64,000 bases of DNA from Octopus vulgaris (lineage: Eukaryota): NCBI GenBank assembly GCA_951406725.2, contig OX597820.1, forward strand, positions 55,738,001 to 55,802,000, written 5' to 3'. The notes below the pieces were generated by a model that was given only the letters and a program-made list of their open reading frames with translations, ran no database searches and was not told the origin of the DNA. A program made the translations under genes and the position numbers. Shown here in pieces: positions 14,403 to 29,023 of this stretch. Every line of letters starts with the position of its first letter. Positions within the stretch are counted from its first letter, which is position 1.

Positions 14403-14800
14403 AGGCACAGCAGTGGTTGTGTGGTAAGTAGCTTGCTTACCAACCACATGGTTCATGGTTCAGTCCCACTGCATGGCACCTTGGACAAGTGTCTTCTACT
14501 ATAACCTTGGACCGACCAAAGCCTTGTGAGTGGATTTGGTAGATGGAAACTGAAAGAAACCTGTCATATATCTGTATGTATATATGTGTGTGTGTGTCTG
14601 TTTTTGTTCCCCTAACATCGCTTGACAACTGATGCTGGTGTGTTTATTTCCCCGTAACTTAGCAGTCCAGCAAAAGAGACTGATAGAATAAGTACTAGGC
14701 TTACAAAGAATAAGTCCTGGGGTCAATTTGCTCAACTAAAGGTGGTGCTCCAGCATGGCTACAGTCAAATGACTGAAACAAGTAAAGGAATAAAAGAATA
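14403..14800 (+). mobile_element. SINE family A copy
   Basis: Colinear with 11775-12180. Confidence 0.85.
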
Positions 14801-15321
14801 TTACCAAATGAAATTTTCTTTGGAATACTTATAAAAAGAACCATTATCTAAGGAAAGCTTGCCTTAAGTATCCAGATTGTAGTAAAAAAAAAACCAAACA
14901 AATTTGCTTTTCAGACTTATTTGTACACATTACATTTTACACATCCAAAATAGCTACCAAGCATACATACATTGTACAAGTGACACAACAGTAGAGAGCA
15001 AAAAAAATAAAAGTAAGAAAAAAATCACAACTAAATGAACGAAAGTAAAGTGAAAGTGTATAGTTCAATAAACATTTGTGAATAAAATTATTTCAAATAC
15101 TCAAACTGGTAGGTTTGAAGATAACAATAGTAACAAAAACAGCATTGGTGATTCATACTAAGTCAAACACAATAATCTATTTATATTGTCATCACAATTT
15201 TAAACCTTTCTTAGAAATTTTAGACTTAGCACAACTATAAGAAAGAAAATGTAGTTGGGCGAATTTTTCAACATTTTTTTTTTGAAAAACTATTATCATG
15301 TTATACATACACACATGCATA

Positions 15322-15448
15322 TACGAGGGGTGTATGAAAAGTTTTGAGCCTTCAAGGCCTTTGAGCCTTGAAGTCTTGTACCTTCGTCTGAAGTCTTGTA
15401 CCATGTTTTGTTTATTTGAGGCTCAAGAGTTTTCATACACCCTTCGTA
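15322..15448. mobile_element. Mariner-derived mini-MITE
   Basis: TIRs TA|CGAGGGGTGTATGAAAAGTTTTGAGCCT and AGGCTCAAGAGTTTTCATACACCCTTCG|TA. Confidence 0.75.
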
Positions 15449-15535
15449 TATATATAATGTACATAATGTGGATGTGTACATAAAAAAACCAACATCAGTT
15501 GTCAAGAGATGGTGGGGGACAAACACAGACACACA

Positions 15536-15578
<43 letters not shown>

Positions 15579-15582
<4 letters not shown>

Positions 15583-15860
15583 TCGGGGTGAGTACTTGAT
15601 AATTATAAGCACCTGTGTATACCGTTTGGTGGTGTAGGTGGTGGAGTAAATTGATCAAAATAAAATAAAAACATGATGCGAAGGATTCAGCGGTACATAT
15701 GTTTCAGGCCTTTATTAGACAGATTTATAACAATGCATAACAATGCATAAGAAGGCCACAGACATACATTATGCATTGTTATAAATCTGTCTAATAAAGG
15801 CCCGAAACATATGTACCGCTGAATCCTTCGCATCATGTTTTTATTTTATTTTGATCAATT
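15579..15860. repeat. Fold-back element: 92-bp arms (15649-15740 / 15769-15860) plus one-sided tail, in the (TA)n of a minus-strand SINE A
   Basis: Arms differ at about 1 position; contain CTAATAA-aggcc(c/t)-GAAAC-ATAT-GTA, a decayed hammerhead-like string. Confidence 0.75.
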
Positions 15861-16279
15861 ATATATATATATATGTATATATATGTATATATATGTATGT
15901 ATATGTATGTATACAACGGGCTTCTTTCAGTTTCTGTCTACTAAATCCACTTACAAGCTTTGGTCGGCCCAAAGCTATAGTAAAAGACACTTGGACAAGG
16001 TGCCATGCAGTGGGACTGAACCCGGAACCATATGGTTTGGAAGCAAGCTTCTTACCACACAGCCACTCCTGCACCTATATATATCTATATATATATATAT
16101 CATAATTTTTATTTGCCACTTGCCTTTCACCATGCATGTCTTAAGTGAGCTCTATGTGGTTTAAGGGTTCATTTGACTCCTATATCTGGTGAAGCTGGTG
16201 CTTTGCAGCACCATAATTATATATATATTACTAGACTGCTCGGTTCACGCTTTCGATTGGCACTAATATTACTAGTTAC

Positions 16280-16329
<50 letters not shown>

Positions 16330-18519
16330 GCATATATGGGTATAGGATGTTACCAATGGTGCAAATAACATGAAATATGTAAACAATGAGAAAAATGGAA
16401 AACAGGACAAGTAAACGTAGATAAAGGACCCTTCATTAATTGTCTATCTACTCCTCATTTCAAGCATTCAACGATAATATGAGTCTTCAAAGACAGTTGC
16501 TCCCATAAATTCTAAAATGAAATTTAGGACTTATGGAGGGTCAAAGTTGGGAACAAAAACATGACAGTGGAGACATACAAGGAAACCGAACGAAAACAAA
16601 CATGGAGTGTCATTAGACCAGAACGAAAGGAAAATAGTGAATGCTAGGAGGAAATTTTTGGTGAAAAGAGAAAAGATAGAAGAGAGAGCGAAAAAACATG
16701 CCCACTCTTTTGGACGTTCGTGCTGGAAAAGAGAGATGGTCACAGGAGGAAAAGAAAGATGGACAATGGTCATATGTGAGCAACAAGAGAAAGAGAGAGA
16801 GAGAAAATGAGGAGAGAGAGAGATAGAAAATAATGAAGGAGAGAGGGGGAGAAAAAGGGAATTAGAGAATGATAGTGGAAGAAAATAGTATAGAGTAGAG
16901 AGTCACATCAAAAAGGTGAATGAATCTATATGCATTACTGATGAGCTCTGACTAGGTGGAAATATATCTGGAGTTATCTCCCATATTTATCAGAAAAAAA
17001 ATTGCATTAATCCCTATCTAGTATTCTTTTTATTTCTTTCACCCTATATCTGTTTTTAATTAGTATTTTAATGCTCCATGTATTAGATATATTTAGATAT
17101 ATAGCTTACTTAAAGATCACTGCTACTTCACTCTATCTATCGATCTACTTATTAATCTATTTCATTCTAATTCACCTGTGACTATCTCTGTTTGTATCAT
17201 ACAGAACACCTGGTTTTAAAGTGCTCAGATTTCAATACCATTATAGTTTTATGTTAGTCTCTTTTGTTAAGTTACATTCCAACCACCAGCATAATAACAG
17301 AGAAGTTATTTATTTTACTAATTTCTTAATATTTTTTTGTTTTGTATTTTGCCAAACTGCTAAGTTATAGGCACATAAACAAATCATCACCAGATGTCAA
17401 GTGATGGTGGGGACAAACGCATGCATATACAGAGGGCTTCTACACAGTTTCCATCTGCCACATTCACTCACAAGGCATTTGTCAATATTCATTGAAGCTG
17501 TAAACAACAGTTGCCCAAGGTGTCACACAGTGGGATGGAACTTACGACCATGCCAGCTTCTTAACCACACAACCATGTCTGCATCTGTTATTTTTAAAAG
17601 AATAATTGAAACATGTGGATAATGTAATTGCATTTCCTTTCTTAACCCTTTACCATTTAAACTGACCATATTTGGCCCAATATTCTACCTGTTTTATGTT
17701 CAGACTGACCAGATCTGGCCTCTCGCACCTACCCTACAATGTCATTCTAAAATTATACAATCACATCATTGATACCTTGAAGCTACAAAGTAATACACAG
17801 TTAGTTAAAAACAATGTGAATAAGTAATCATTATATTTGACGGAATAACCTGAATGCTAAAGAGTTAAGTAACCACTGTTTTAGGTTTGTTTGATTGTTA
17901 GAGGTGAAAAAGCAGCATTGCTGATTGACAAGTAGAAGTCTCCTTTATGGCACCTTCTACTTCTGGTTCTAAGGCTTGTACCACCAAACAGCTGGTTGGC
18001 TCTGGCTGCTGGAACTGAAACTAACACGACACTATTGGAATGTAGGTTTAGAGGGTGCACAGGCTAAGATTATGCACCTTTTCCCTCCATTGGTCAGATG
18101 AAATTTAGATAGTGTCATGTGACAACTAGCAGTTGCTGGCTGCTAGAGCCTACCAGCGAGTATTTAAAGGGAAATTTGGCAGGGAACAGAAGAAAAAAAG
18201 GATAAAGAAGAAATGGACTCAACACCAGAGCTGAAGACACCTCCGGTGAAAATGTTGGAGGAGTAGGGGCCGAAACTGGACATGGTTCCTCCTGATAATG
18301 TCTTTAGCCACTGGATCCTATAAAGGAGCTGTTGAGGTAGCAAACCACAAAATGTGGTTGGAATTCTAATAACAACCTTTCCACTGCTTTATGCTATGTA
18401 AGATTTGTAAATTAGTCAAAATAACACTCCGCTAATTTGTATGAATTCTGTCAATTTAAAGTGATTTTATTTTATTTTATTCAGATATTTAAAGAAGAAA
18501 GACTGGCAAAAATACCAAA

Positions 18520-18562
18520 ATGGCAACTGGAGGTTACGAGTATGCTATGCCATTTGGAAATG
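18520..18562 (+). CDS. TMC5: TMC coding exon 1 (MATGGYEYAMPFGN+G); exon starts at 18485 with 5' UTR
   Basis: Pyrimidine tract and cag acceptor ending 18484; ATG context caaaATGG; donor G|gtgagt, phase 1, matches the exon at 35107. Confidence 0.7.
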
Positions 18563-19836
18563 GTGAGTAGACATATATATATGTGTGTGTGTGTGTGTGT
18601 GCATGCTAATTCCGCAATGTGTTCTCTCTGTATTGACTCTTCTCTTGTACCATTCCCTGACCATGTCCCTCAAACCATCTCCTTCCCTACCTACCTTTCT
18701 CTCTGAACAACAACTGTAATTTGTTAATATCACCCTTGACCTCTATTTAAGCAAAACGTTTGTATTTATTTGTTTTTGTCTGTTCAACCTTTGACATGCA
18801 GGTTAGGGTTAGGGTGGGAGTAAGTGTTAATTTTGGCTAATTACAGGATGTGTTTGAATACAGTTGTTCTACTATTTAAACTCATTTCTGCTTTTCTACA
18901 TTCCTAGATGTTATAGTGGAGTATACTCTCTTTACTGTCTTTTACTTGTTTCAGTCAATTGACTGCAGCCATGCTGGAGCACCGCCTTTAGTCGAGCAAA
19001 TCGACCCCGGGACTTATTCTTTGTATGCCCAGTACTTATTCTATCGGTCACATTTTGCCGAACCGCTAGGTGACGGGGATGTAAACACACCAGCATTGGT
19101 TGTCAAGCAATGCTAGGGGGACAAACACAGACACACAAACACACACACATACATCTGGCACCTGTGTCAGTGACACATAAAATCACCCACTACACTCTCG
19201 GAGTGGTTGGCGTTAGGAAGGGCATCCAGCTGTAGAAACACTGCCAGATCTGATTGGCCTGGTGCAGCCTTCGGGCTCCCCAGACCCCAGTTGAACCGTC
19301 CAACCCATGCTAGCATGGAAAGCGGACGTTAAATGATGATGATGATGATGATGATACATATATACGACAGGCTTCTTTCAGTTTCCGTCTACCAAATCCA
19401 TTCACAAGGCATTGGTCGGCCCGGGGCTATAGCCCAAGATGCCACGCAGTGGGACTGAACCCGGAACCATGTGGCTGGTTAGCAAGCTACTTACCACACA
19501 GCCACTCCTGCGCTTATGTGTATTGTTGGTGTTAGAATTGTGGAATAGACAGTAGAAGTATATGTCAGTGGTCATGGGCTGTGCTTTTGAGTTAGACATG
19601 ATCTACTCTTTTACTCTTTTATTTGTTTCAGTCATTTGACCGTGGCCATGCTAGAGCACCACCTTTGGTTGAACTAATTGACCTCAAGACTTATTCTTTG
19701 TAAGCCTAGTACCTATTCTATCGGTCTCTTTTGCTGAACCGCTACGTTATGGGGACATAAGCAAACCAGCATTGGTTGTCAAGTGACAGTGGATGGGAGT
19801 GTGACAAACACAGACTCACACAAACACATACACACA

Positions 19837-19878
<42 letters not shown>

Positions 19879-22800
19879 TATACAACAGGCTTCTTCCAAT
19901 TTCTGTCTACCAAATCCAGTCACACGGCTTGGGTTGGTCTGAGCCTATAGCAGAAGACACTTGCACAAGGTGCCACACAGTGGGACTGAACCCAGAACCA
20001 TGTGGTTGGTAAGCAAGCTACTTACTACACAGCTGCTACTGCACCTATAGCCACTCCTGTATGACTATATTCTATCTTTTACTTGTTTCAATTGTTAGAC
20101 TGTGGCCATGCTGGGACACCTCCTTGATAAATTTCAGTCCTTTTATTTTTATTTATTTATTGTAAATCTGGTATTTATTCTGTTGGGTTCTTATACCAAA
20201 CTGCTAAATTGCGAAGTACATAAATACACCAACACTGGTTGTCAAGCTGTAATGAGGGACAAACAGATACACAAAAATGTCCATGCGTGCGTGCGCACAA
20301 ACACACACACACACATACATACATACATATATGACAAGCTTTTTTCAGTTTCCATCTACCAAATCCCTTCACAAGGTTTTGGTTGACTTGAGGCTAAAGT
20401 AGAAGACACTTGTCCAAGATACCATGAAGTGGGACTGAACTCAGAACTATCTGATTGGGAAGCAGACTTCTTACCAAACAGCCACTCCTATGCCTATGAC
20501 CATGTTGACAGTGTATAGACAGTATGGCCAATGAACTTGATGTGAATATACAGACTAATCAAGCTGATTTGTGATCAAAGTCAATACAGCCATGCCCATT
20601 CCATCTGGATTTCTTCAGTTTTGCTCACAGATTTTTAAATTATTGTTTTTTAAACTAAGGAGTTTGAAACTTCATATACTGGTGTAATTTCTCACAATGA
20701 ACATGGTTTACTGTCAACATTTTTGACAAAATTTCGTATTTTAGAAGTTAATGTGTGTTTTTATTTTAGAAGTTTTTTGTTTTATTTTGTGTTTGTGTTT
20801 AAGAAGTTATTTTGTATTGGGTGTTTTAGGAGTTATTTTGTATTTGGGTGATTTTAACCAATCAACGTGTATTCAGCTGAAGAAAGCTACTGCTGTATGC
20901 GATAGTAATGAAAGAGCAACAACTTCTGGGTCATCTCTACTAAATGTCACCATTCTGTTCTATTTTATTTTTTATTGCTTGTGTTGCATATTACATAATT
21001 TTGGGGGGGCTTTTCAATCGCCTCTTTGTACAAGTGGTGAAAATGCAAATGTACAAAGAGGCGATTGAAAAGCAAACAAAAAAAAAAGCGTGTAATATGC
21101 AACACTTGCAGTGAACAAAAGTAAAATAGATCAAACAGAATGGTGACATTTAGTAGAGATGACCCAGAAGTTGTCTCTCTTCTATTATTATCGCATACAG
21201 TAGTAGCTTTCTTCAGCTGAATACATGTTGTTGGTTGGTTAAAATTACCCAAATATGACAACTTTAACACAAAATAACTTCTAAAATACGAAATTTTGTC
21301 AAAGATGTTGAAAGTAAACCATGTTCAGCATGAGAAATTGCACCAGTATATGGAGTTTCAAACTGTTTAGTTAAAAATAAATAAATAAATCTGTGAGTGA
21401 AATTGAAGAGGTCCTTCCATCTTATTGAGAACTGATATAGAGCTCTTGTTTTCAGCCTATATTTGGAGACACAATCAAATACTCTAAGCAACTAGTGGAG
21501 GTTAGTTTCAATATCATGCAAATGAGGAAAAATTATGGACCACAATGTGCAAAAAGTATTAATTTTAGGAAGGCAGGACAAAAGAAAAGAGATAGGAAGA
21601 GTGTTGTCTCTCTAAGTGTTTGTGTTATGATAGCAGTGGAAGCTGACCAGCTAGTGTTACTGGATGAGAAAAGGAAGCAGACAATGCTAACAGAAGTGGT
21701 TGACATGACTTTGAAATCTGATCTGGTTCTTGTGTCTATGTAGGCATGTTTTGCAGTTATCGTGAAACTGACTGTTCCATAGGATGACATAGGAAGCAAA
21801 AGAGAGAACAAAATAACAACAAAAATATCAGGAAAGTATGCAGATTTGTTGGAAGAATACAAAGGAAATGGGTGGAGGGAAGAGCTGAAGACAGTGAAGG
21901 TTGGGTGCAGAAGAATTTTAGGCCTTTCTGTTAGGACATGGATTGAGGTTTGGATGTGAGTAGATGTGAGGATGGGTGGATTAGGTAAATTTGTGGGTAT
22001 CAGTGGTGGTTGTTTGTTGTTGGACAGTGCAGAAGTTAACAAACAACACTGAAGGAGATATTGAGTAGGTCACTGAAATGCAGTAGCAGCTAACCAGTGA
22101 GAGATGTACAGTACTAAATGGGCAAAACTTTGATGAGGTTTGGTGTAGTGCTGATGATCATCTAATGTTTGCAGTTTAGGGCTTCACTAGTGAATTTAAT
22201 ATTGAAGGTATTAGAATGCTGTTTGAGACAGATTTGGCTCACTTAAATACATTTAGATTTCTTATATGACTTAGATATTGGCAATAGGAAGGACATCCAG
22301 CCATAGAAAATGTGCCTCAACAAATTCCATCTGATTCATGTGAGCATGGAAAAGTAAATGTTAAATTAGTAATATAATAATCAGACAGTAGAGGAAAGGT
22401 ATGCTATGACCCTTTTCAGAAGTCATGCTATATAAGAGGTACCCACTCCCACCAGGACTTTGATGCAACATGCATGTTCAAAAAGGGGGAAATATTCTGG
22501 ACCTCATAATAAAAATAAAGCAAGTAAACAGTCATGTTTGTGGGGTTATGAAGTTTGCTTCACAACCACAAGGTTCAGAGTTTGATCTTAATCTGGACAC
22601 AAACATGACTGGGGTTAAGAAGCTTTTTTTTACAACATCTAGTTCAAATATAGCTTCAGGTTAACTCTTATACTTTTAAGTGGAATCTGGTAGATGGAAG
22701 TTGTGTGGAAGCCTGTTGTGTATATACTTTGTAGGTTTTAATGTCTATTTTTCCATTCCATGCAAAAAGTATCCAGTCCACACTGTAAAGTGGTTGGTAT

Positions 22801-25800
22801 CTGGAAGGGCATCCAGCTGTAAAACCATGCCAAAACTGACCTTACTTGTGCTTGTACTACGAAAAAGCACTCTGTCCACTTGGCTGGGTGGTTGGTGTTA
22901 GGAAGGGCAGCTCCTGTTAAACCATCCGACCCATGCAAGAATGGAAGGCGAATGTTAAACAATGATGATATTCACGTTAAACAATGATGATGCTGGAATC
23001 GAAATAACTGAGGTATTGTTTTACAGTTGGGTGTTCTTCCTGTTGCTAAATCTTACCTGTTTTTCAAGTGAGGGAGTTTTTATGCTATTTGTTTTGCTAG
23101 GTGAATGAATGGTTTATTGATAGAATTGTCAACAAACATCACTGTTTTTAGCTTAATGCCTTTCATGAGTGGTAAGGAATGTAAACATACACACAGAAAA
23201 CTTTTGGGCCAGGGCCCATGGAAAAGTTTCCAGAAATCCCTGAACTGGCATTACCAATTTGAGATAAATTCTAAGACAACTAAAGGGTCTGTAGAGCTGA
23301 GCATGTCTAAAGTATATGTAGAGCAATGAAACTATTCTGTACACATTTGTCCAGTGTCCAAGCATTGCTGACTGGTGGAGTTTTGTCAAACACCTGTAGT
23401 CTGTCATATGTGGAATGGATTTGTCTATCAGCTGAGACCACTGTGAAGATTGTCTCTCCACCTTCATTTAACTGAGAAAAGCAGGCAGTCTTTGTCTGGT
23501 GGCTTTAGTGTGAGAGATTGAGTATGGATGGTACTAAAAATGGTGAAGGCACACACCCTCCTTAGTCAAACCTTCATCAACTTGTTCATGTTACTCTTGA
23601 AAAAGAAAGTGAGGATGGAGAGAGAAGTACTGCCTCCCAACAAATTTGTTGAAAGGTAGATGAGAGCAGTAAACCTGGTCCAAGTGAATGGGTCCATTCT
23701 GAGCATACATCTTCAGATTAGAGGATAATTGGGAGAGGACATTCACTTTAGTTGTCAGAGTAATCACTGTTTTGTGTGTTTCCACTAAAGGCTTGCCAAT
23801 GTTTCCTTTTGAGGAATTCTTTGTTTCTGTTATTTTTAAACTTTTTACCTGCTTTTTCATTACTGACCTCAATGTTTTTGTCAACTTTTGGTGATTAATA
23901 ATGAAAACATTATTACTATTATGAAGGTGGTGAGCTTGCAGAATCACTAGTATGCTAGACAAAATACTTCATAGCTTCTCTTCCAGCTTTATGTTTTGAG
24001 TTCAAGTTCTGCTGCAGTTGATTTTGCTTCTCATCCTTTCATGGTCAATTAAAGAAGCACCAGTTGAGTGCTGGAGTTGATATAATTGACTAGTCCCCTC
24101 CCTGAAAATTTCAGGCCTTGTGCTTATAGTAGAAAGGATCATCATAATCATCGTTATTATCATTATTATTGTTGTTGTTCTTATTATCAATAGTGGTTGA
24201 AAGCAGAATCAGTAGAACAATTAACCAAATGCTATACTGTATTTTGTTACAGAAGTGAATTTAATTACCTTTTTGTACGTTTTGATTTTGAATCTTGCAG
24301 TTGTAGACTTTACTTATCGTTTTTCTGATGTCAATAAAATAAGTACCAATAAAATGATGAGGTCAATATAATCAACTGGTACACAGATAGTGCAGCTGTG
24401 ACTGCACTTCCTGCAAAGTATTCCTAGACAGTAAACAGATGTGGGTAGTATTCAATAAATAACTTTTTTTTAACAGTTTATCACTTTGACAGAGCTGCAG
24501 CCCTGAGTGAAGCAAAAACCAAGACCAGGTGCCTAGCATCTAGAATGTTGTTAGGTGGTCTACTAGTCAGGAAACAGGATTGGTAGATGTGCTACTCTTT
24601 ACTCTTTTACTTGTTTCAGTCATTTGACTGTGACCATGCTGGAGCACCACCTTTAGTTGAGCATAACCGACCCCCGGACTTATTCTTGTGAGCCTAGTTC
24701 TTATTCTATTGGTCTTTTTTGCTGAACCGCTAAGTTATGGGGGCAAAACACACCAGCATCAGTTGTCAAGCGATGTTGGCAGGGGACAAACACAGACACA
24801 TACACACACACATACATATATATACGATGGGCTTCTTTCAGTTTCTGTCCACCAAATCCACTCACAAGGCTTTGGTCGACCCAAGGCTATAGTAGAAAAC
24901 ACTTGCCCAAGGTGCCTGTTTTTTGAGCATTAGTAGCAACATTCTCAGGAAAATTCTGGACATTGATGAAAATGACCTAGCTAGTATGTTCCAAAGAACT
25001 TTTAGATCGGGATCTAATATGAATAATTTTCAGAAGGCCTTGACCTGGCAGTACTATGAGAAATGCTACTAGTTTATGGTACACTATACAGGCATTGAAG
25101 TGCTGTCATATGGGCTTATCCAAGATGCATACAAGGGCAATGAAACTGTTCTACGTACACTTGTTCAGTGTTCAGGCATTGCTATGTCAAACAGCTACCA
25201 TTGCTTATAGGATGGATCCAGATGTCCGCTGAGTTCATCTCAATAATTGCTCTGTTGACATCCTTTAACTAGGCAGAAAAGGCAGTTCTGTCTAGTGGCT
25301 ATAACCAGAGAAGTTGTATGGTGAGATATGAAGACAGACTTTCCTCTTTTGTAGAGCCCTTATCAACTTTTACAAGTTTTTCTTTAAAGATATGTGGGTG
25401 TGAAGAGGGAGATGCTGTCATTGAGTGAACTTATTGAAATGTGGGTGAGAACAGTGGAAATAGCAAGAATGGATGAGACTAATTAAAGCAAAAGTCTGTA
25501 AGTGAAAGAACAACCATTAGAGAGGGCACTTGCCCTTGATGTTCAAGGTTTTTGGTTGTGGGGTTCTTTGACTAGCCCTAGAGGTCCTTCTGTGCCAGGA
25601 AGATATCATCATCATCTGTTATTATAATACTGTATACCATGTATACATCTATTTTAATCATTCAGTTTTATACAAATCCCAACACATTATATCTGTCTTT
25701 GTATCATTCCCATCATCCCTGGTGGCAAATAAACAGCTAAAAGAAATCATTATTATTATTATCATTATTATTATTATTATTATTATTGAAGGTAGTGAGC

Positions 25801-28537
25801 TGGCAGAATCATTACCATTATGGACAAAATACTTAGTGACATTCTTCTGGGTCTTTACACTCTTGAGTTCAAATCCTGCCAAAATGAATTTTGCTTTTCG
25901 TCCTTTTCGGTTGATAAAATAAAATATCAGTCAAGTACTGGGGTCAATATAATTGACTAACCTCATCCCCTAAAATGGCTGGCCTTATGCCAAAATTTGA
26001 AACAATTATAATTGGAGTAGTGAATTAGCAGAGTTATTAGAGAATCAGGAAAAATGCCTTAAGGTATTTGTCTTGGTTCTTTGTCTTCTGAATTTGAATC
26101 CTTCCACGGACAACTTTGACTTTCATCCCTTCAGGATTGATAAAATTAAATACCTGTCAAGTACTAGGATCATTGATATCAACTTAACTACTACCTTAAA
26201 AATGTGGGTTAGAGTATTAGACAACATTCCTTGTATTTATTTATAGCTCTTACTGTTATGAGATCGAATCTCACCTCAGTCAATAATCTCAATATGATGT
26301 TGTCTTAGACACATTATATCTAAAAACAAAAGACTAGATAGTAATGGTTATGTAGCCTTAATCATGTGTCTTATCAATCACGCCTGTCCTGTGGCTAAAT
26401 AACAATTTTTCACATACTCCACCCTCATACTCTTACTACCTTAACCCTTTAGTGTTTGCATTATTCTGCCACAATTAATGCTTCTTCATCCACATTATTT
26501 TGAACTAATCATGCATCATCTTGTAGCTATGAGATTTTGATGAGGTAGCTATTAATTTTTAAAACGACATTGTAGGGTTGGTGTGAGAGACCAGATCTGG
26601 CCAGTTTGAACATAAAACAGGCAGAATACTTTTGGCCGGATATGGCCGGTTTAAATGCTAAAGGGTTAAAAAGCTGAATATACTGGATAATGAAGTCTTC
26701 ATACACTGTTTAAATAAAAGACAGTTAAGATGGGCAGACCTATAAGCACAGTTATTGCAGGTGTGATCATCTCTCATTTTTTTTAAAATTAAATTTTTAC
26801 CTTGTATAGTGTATCTACTGCACTGGTTGTACATTAATCACAGCTTGACTTTGATTAAAAGATATGATCAAAAACACAGCAATCGTGATAATCTTAACTG
26901 TTTGTTTTCTAAGGTTTCCTTGGATAGTATTACTAAAAGTGCCCACTTTTTAAATAACGATAGTTGGGTGTGTTGGAAGAGTATTTTTATCTATTTCTCA
27001 TCTGAAACAATATCCCTTGTGTATTGTTCATCTCTGACCTACCTATTTATTGGTCTGGATATTTGATCTCTCTTAATAACATGACTGAATGACGTCAGAC
27101 CTTTGAACAAAATGCTTTGTATTATTTAAGCATAGTGAAGTAGTGAGCTGGCTGAAACGTTAGCATGCCAGACAAAATATTTTGTGGCATTTTTTCTGCC
27201 TTTACATTCTGAATTCAAATTGTACTGAAGTCAACTTTGCCTTTCATCCTTTTGAGGTCAATAATATAAGTACCAGCTGAGCACTGGGCTCATTGTAATC
27301 AACTTATCCCCCGCCCTTGAAATTGCTGGCCTTGTACCAAAATTTGAAATCAATATTTGCTCCAGTTAATGTGGCGAGCTGGCAGAAATATTAGCATGCC
27401 AGGCGAAATGCTTAGCGGTATTTCGTCTGTCTTTACATTCTGAGTTCTAATTCCACTGAGGTCAACTTTGCCTTTCATCCTTTCGGGGTTGATAAATTAA
27501 GTACCAGTTACATACTGGTGTCGATGTAATCGACTTAATCCCTTTGTCTGTCCTTGTTTGTCCCCTCTATGTTTAGCCCCTTGTGGGCAATAAAGAAATG
27601 AGAAACATTAGCATGTGAAATGCTTTGGTCGTCAAGCAATGATGGGAGGATTAATACAGACACACACACACATATACATATATATATATATATACGATGG
27701 GCTTCTTTCAGTTTCCATCTAACAAATCCACGCACAAAGCTTTGGTTAGCCTGAGGCTATAGTAGGAGAGACTTGTCCAAGGTGCTACACAGTGGGACTG
27801 AATCTAGAACCATGTGGTCGGTAAGCAAGTTACTTACCACACAGCCACTCCTGCACCTATACAGCCATTCCTGCGGCTCTTTACATTCTAAGTTCAAATC
27901 TCACTGAGGTCAACTTCACCTTTCATCCTTTCAGGGTTGATAGAATAAAGTATCAGTGAAGTACTAGGCCTGGTGTTATCAACTAACTACTTCTTCTAAA
28001 TTCCAAGGCTTATAGCTATACTGGAGACAATTATTAGGGCATTGGATGCGCAAAATTGGTGGAACACTGGACAGGAATGTCTTCAGGTTTTTTTGTTTTT
28101 TTTTTGTCTGGTTTGAACTATAAAACATTTTGAGAAAATGAACACTAGTCAAGTACTTAGGTCAATTTAATCAATTGAAAGTAGTGACCTTGTGTTTATG
28201 TTGCAGACCATTATTATTATTATTGTTATCATATGTTTGACTTTTGCTTTGTATTTGTACAAGTTGACTCCAAATCTCACCTAGAAACCTCAAGAGACAA
28301 CAAGTTAGAAGTTCAAGTTGGTGTTATTATTATTATTATTTAAGGCAGTGAGCTAGCTGAATCATTAGCATGCCAGGCAAAGTGCTAAGTGCCATTTTGT
28401 CTGTCTTTGCGTTCTGAGTTCAAATCTGCCTTTCATCCTTTTAGGGTTGATGAAATAAGTACCAGTTGAGCATTGGGGTTGATGTAATCAACTAGTCCCC
28501 TCCCGCAAAATTTCAGGCCTTGTGCCTTTAGTAGAAA

Positions 28538-28582
<45 letters not shown>

Positions 28583-28940
28583 CAACAAGAGCACTCAGCG
28601 AGTGCAAACCTCTGCCAAGGTAACACCAACATCCTCTCAACGATTAGCCAGAAATGATTTTTTAAATGAGAATATCTGAAATAAACTTGACTGCTCTCAC
28701 AAATGAGAATACTAAAAATGAACCCAACTCTCTCAAAAATTAAGTAAAAGAACAGAAAATATTATCCAGAATCCTTCTCTGGTACCAGATCGATCCCAAA
28801 ATCTAATCAATTTGTGCCAGTCTCAAGACCAAACATCCCTGGAAGTTTCATCCGAATCCATCAAGTGGTTCTTGAGATATCTGGTCCACAGACAAACAAG
28901 CATGACTGAAAACAATACGTTTGCTTTTGCTAAATTATTG

Positions 28941-29023
<83 letters not shown>

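Noticed and set aside
14820-15290. Promoter or non-coding first exon of the TMC gene (possible donor ctg|gtaggt near 15108; 12185-12790 is another non-repetitive candidate)
   Set aside because: Only non-repetitiveness and one donor-like motif support it; transcript data are needed.
15785-15820. Functional hammerhead in the 15.6-15.9 kb palindrome
   Set aside because: The core reads CTAATAA rather than CTGANGA and stem I does not pair; kept only as a relic.
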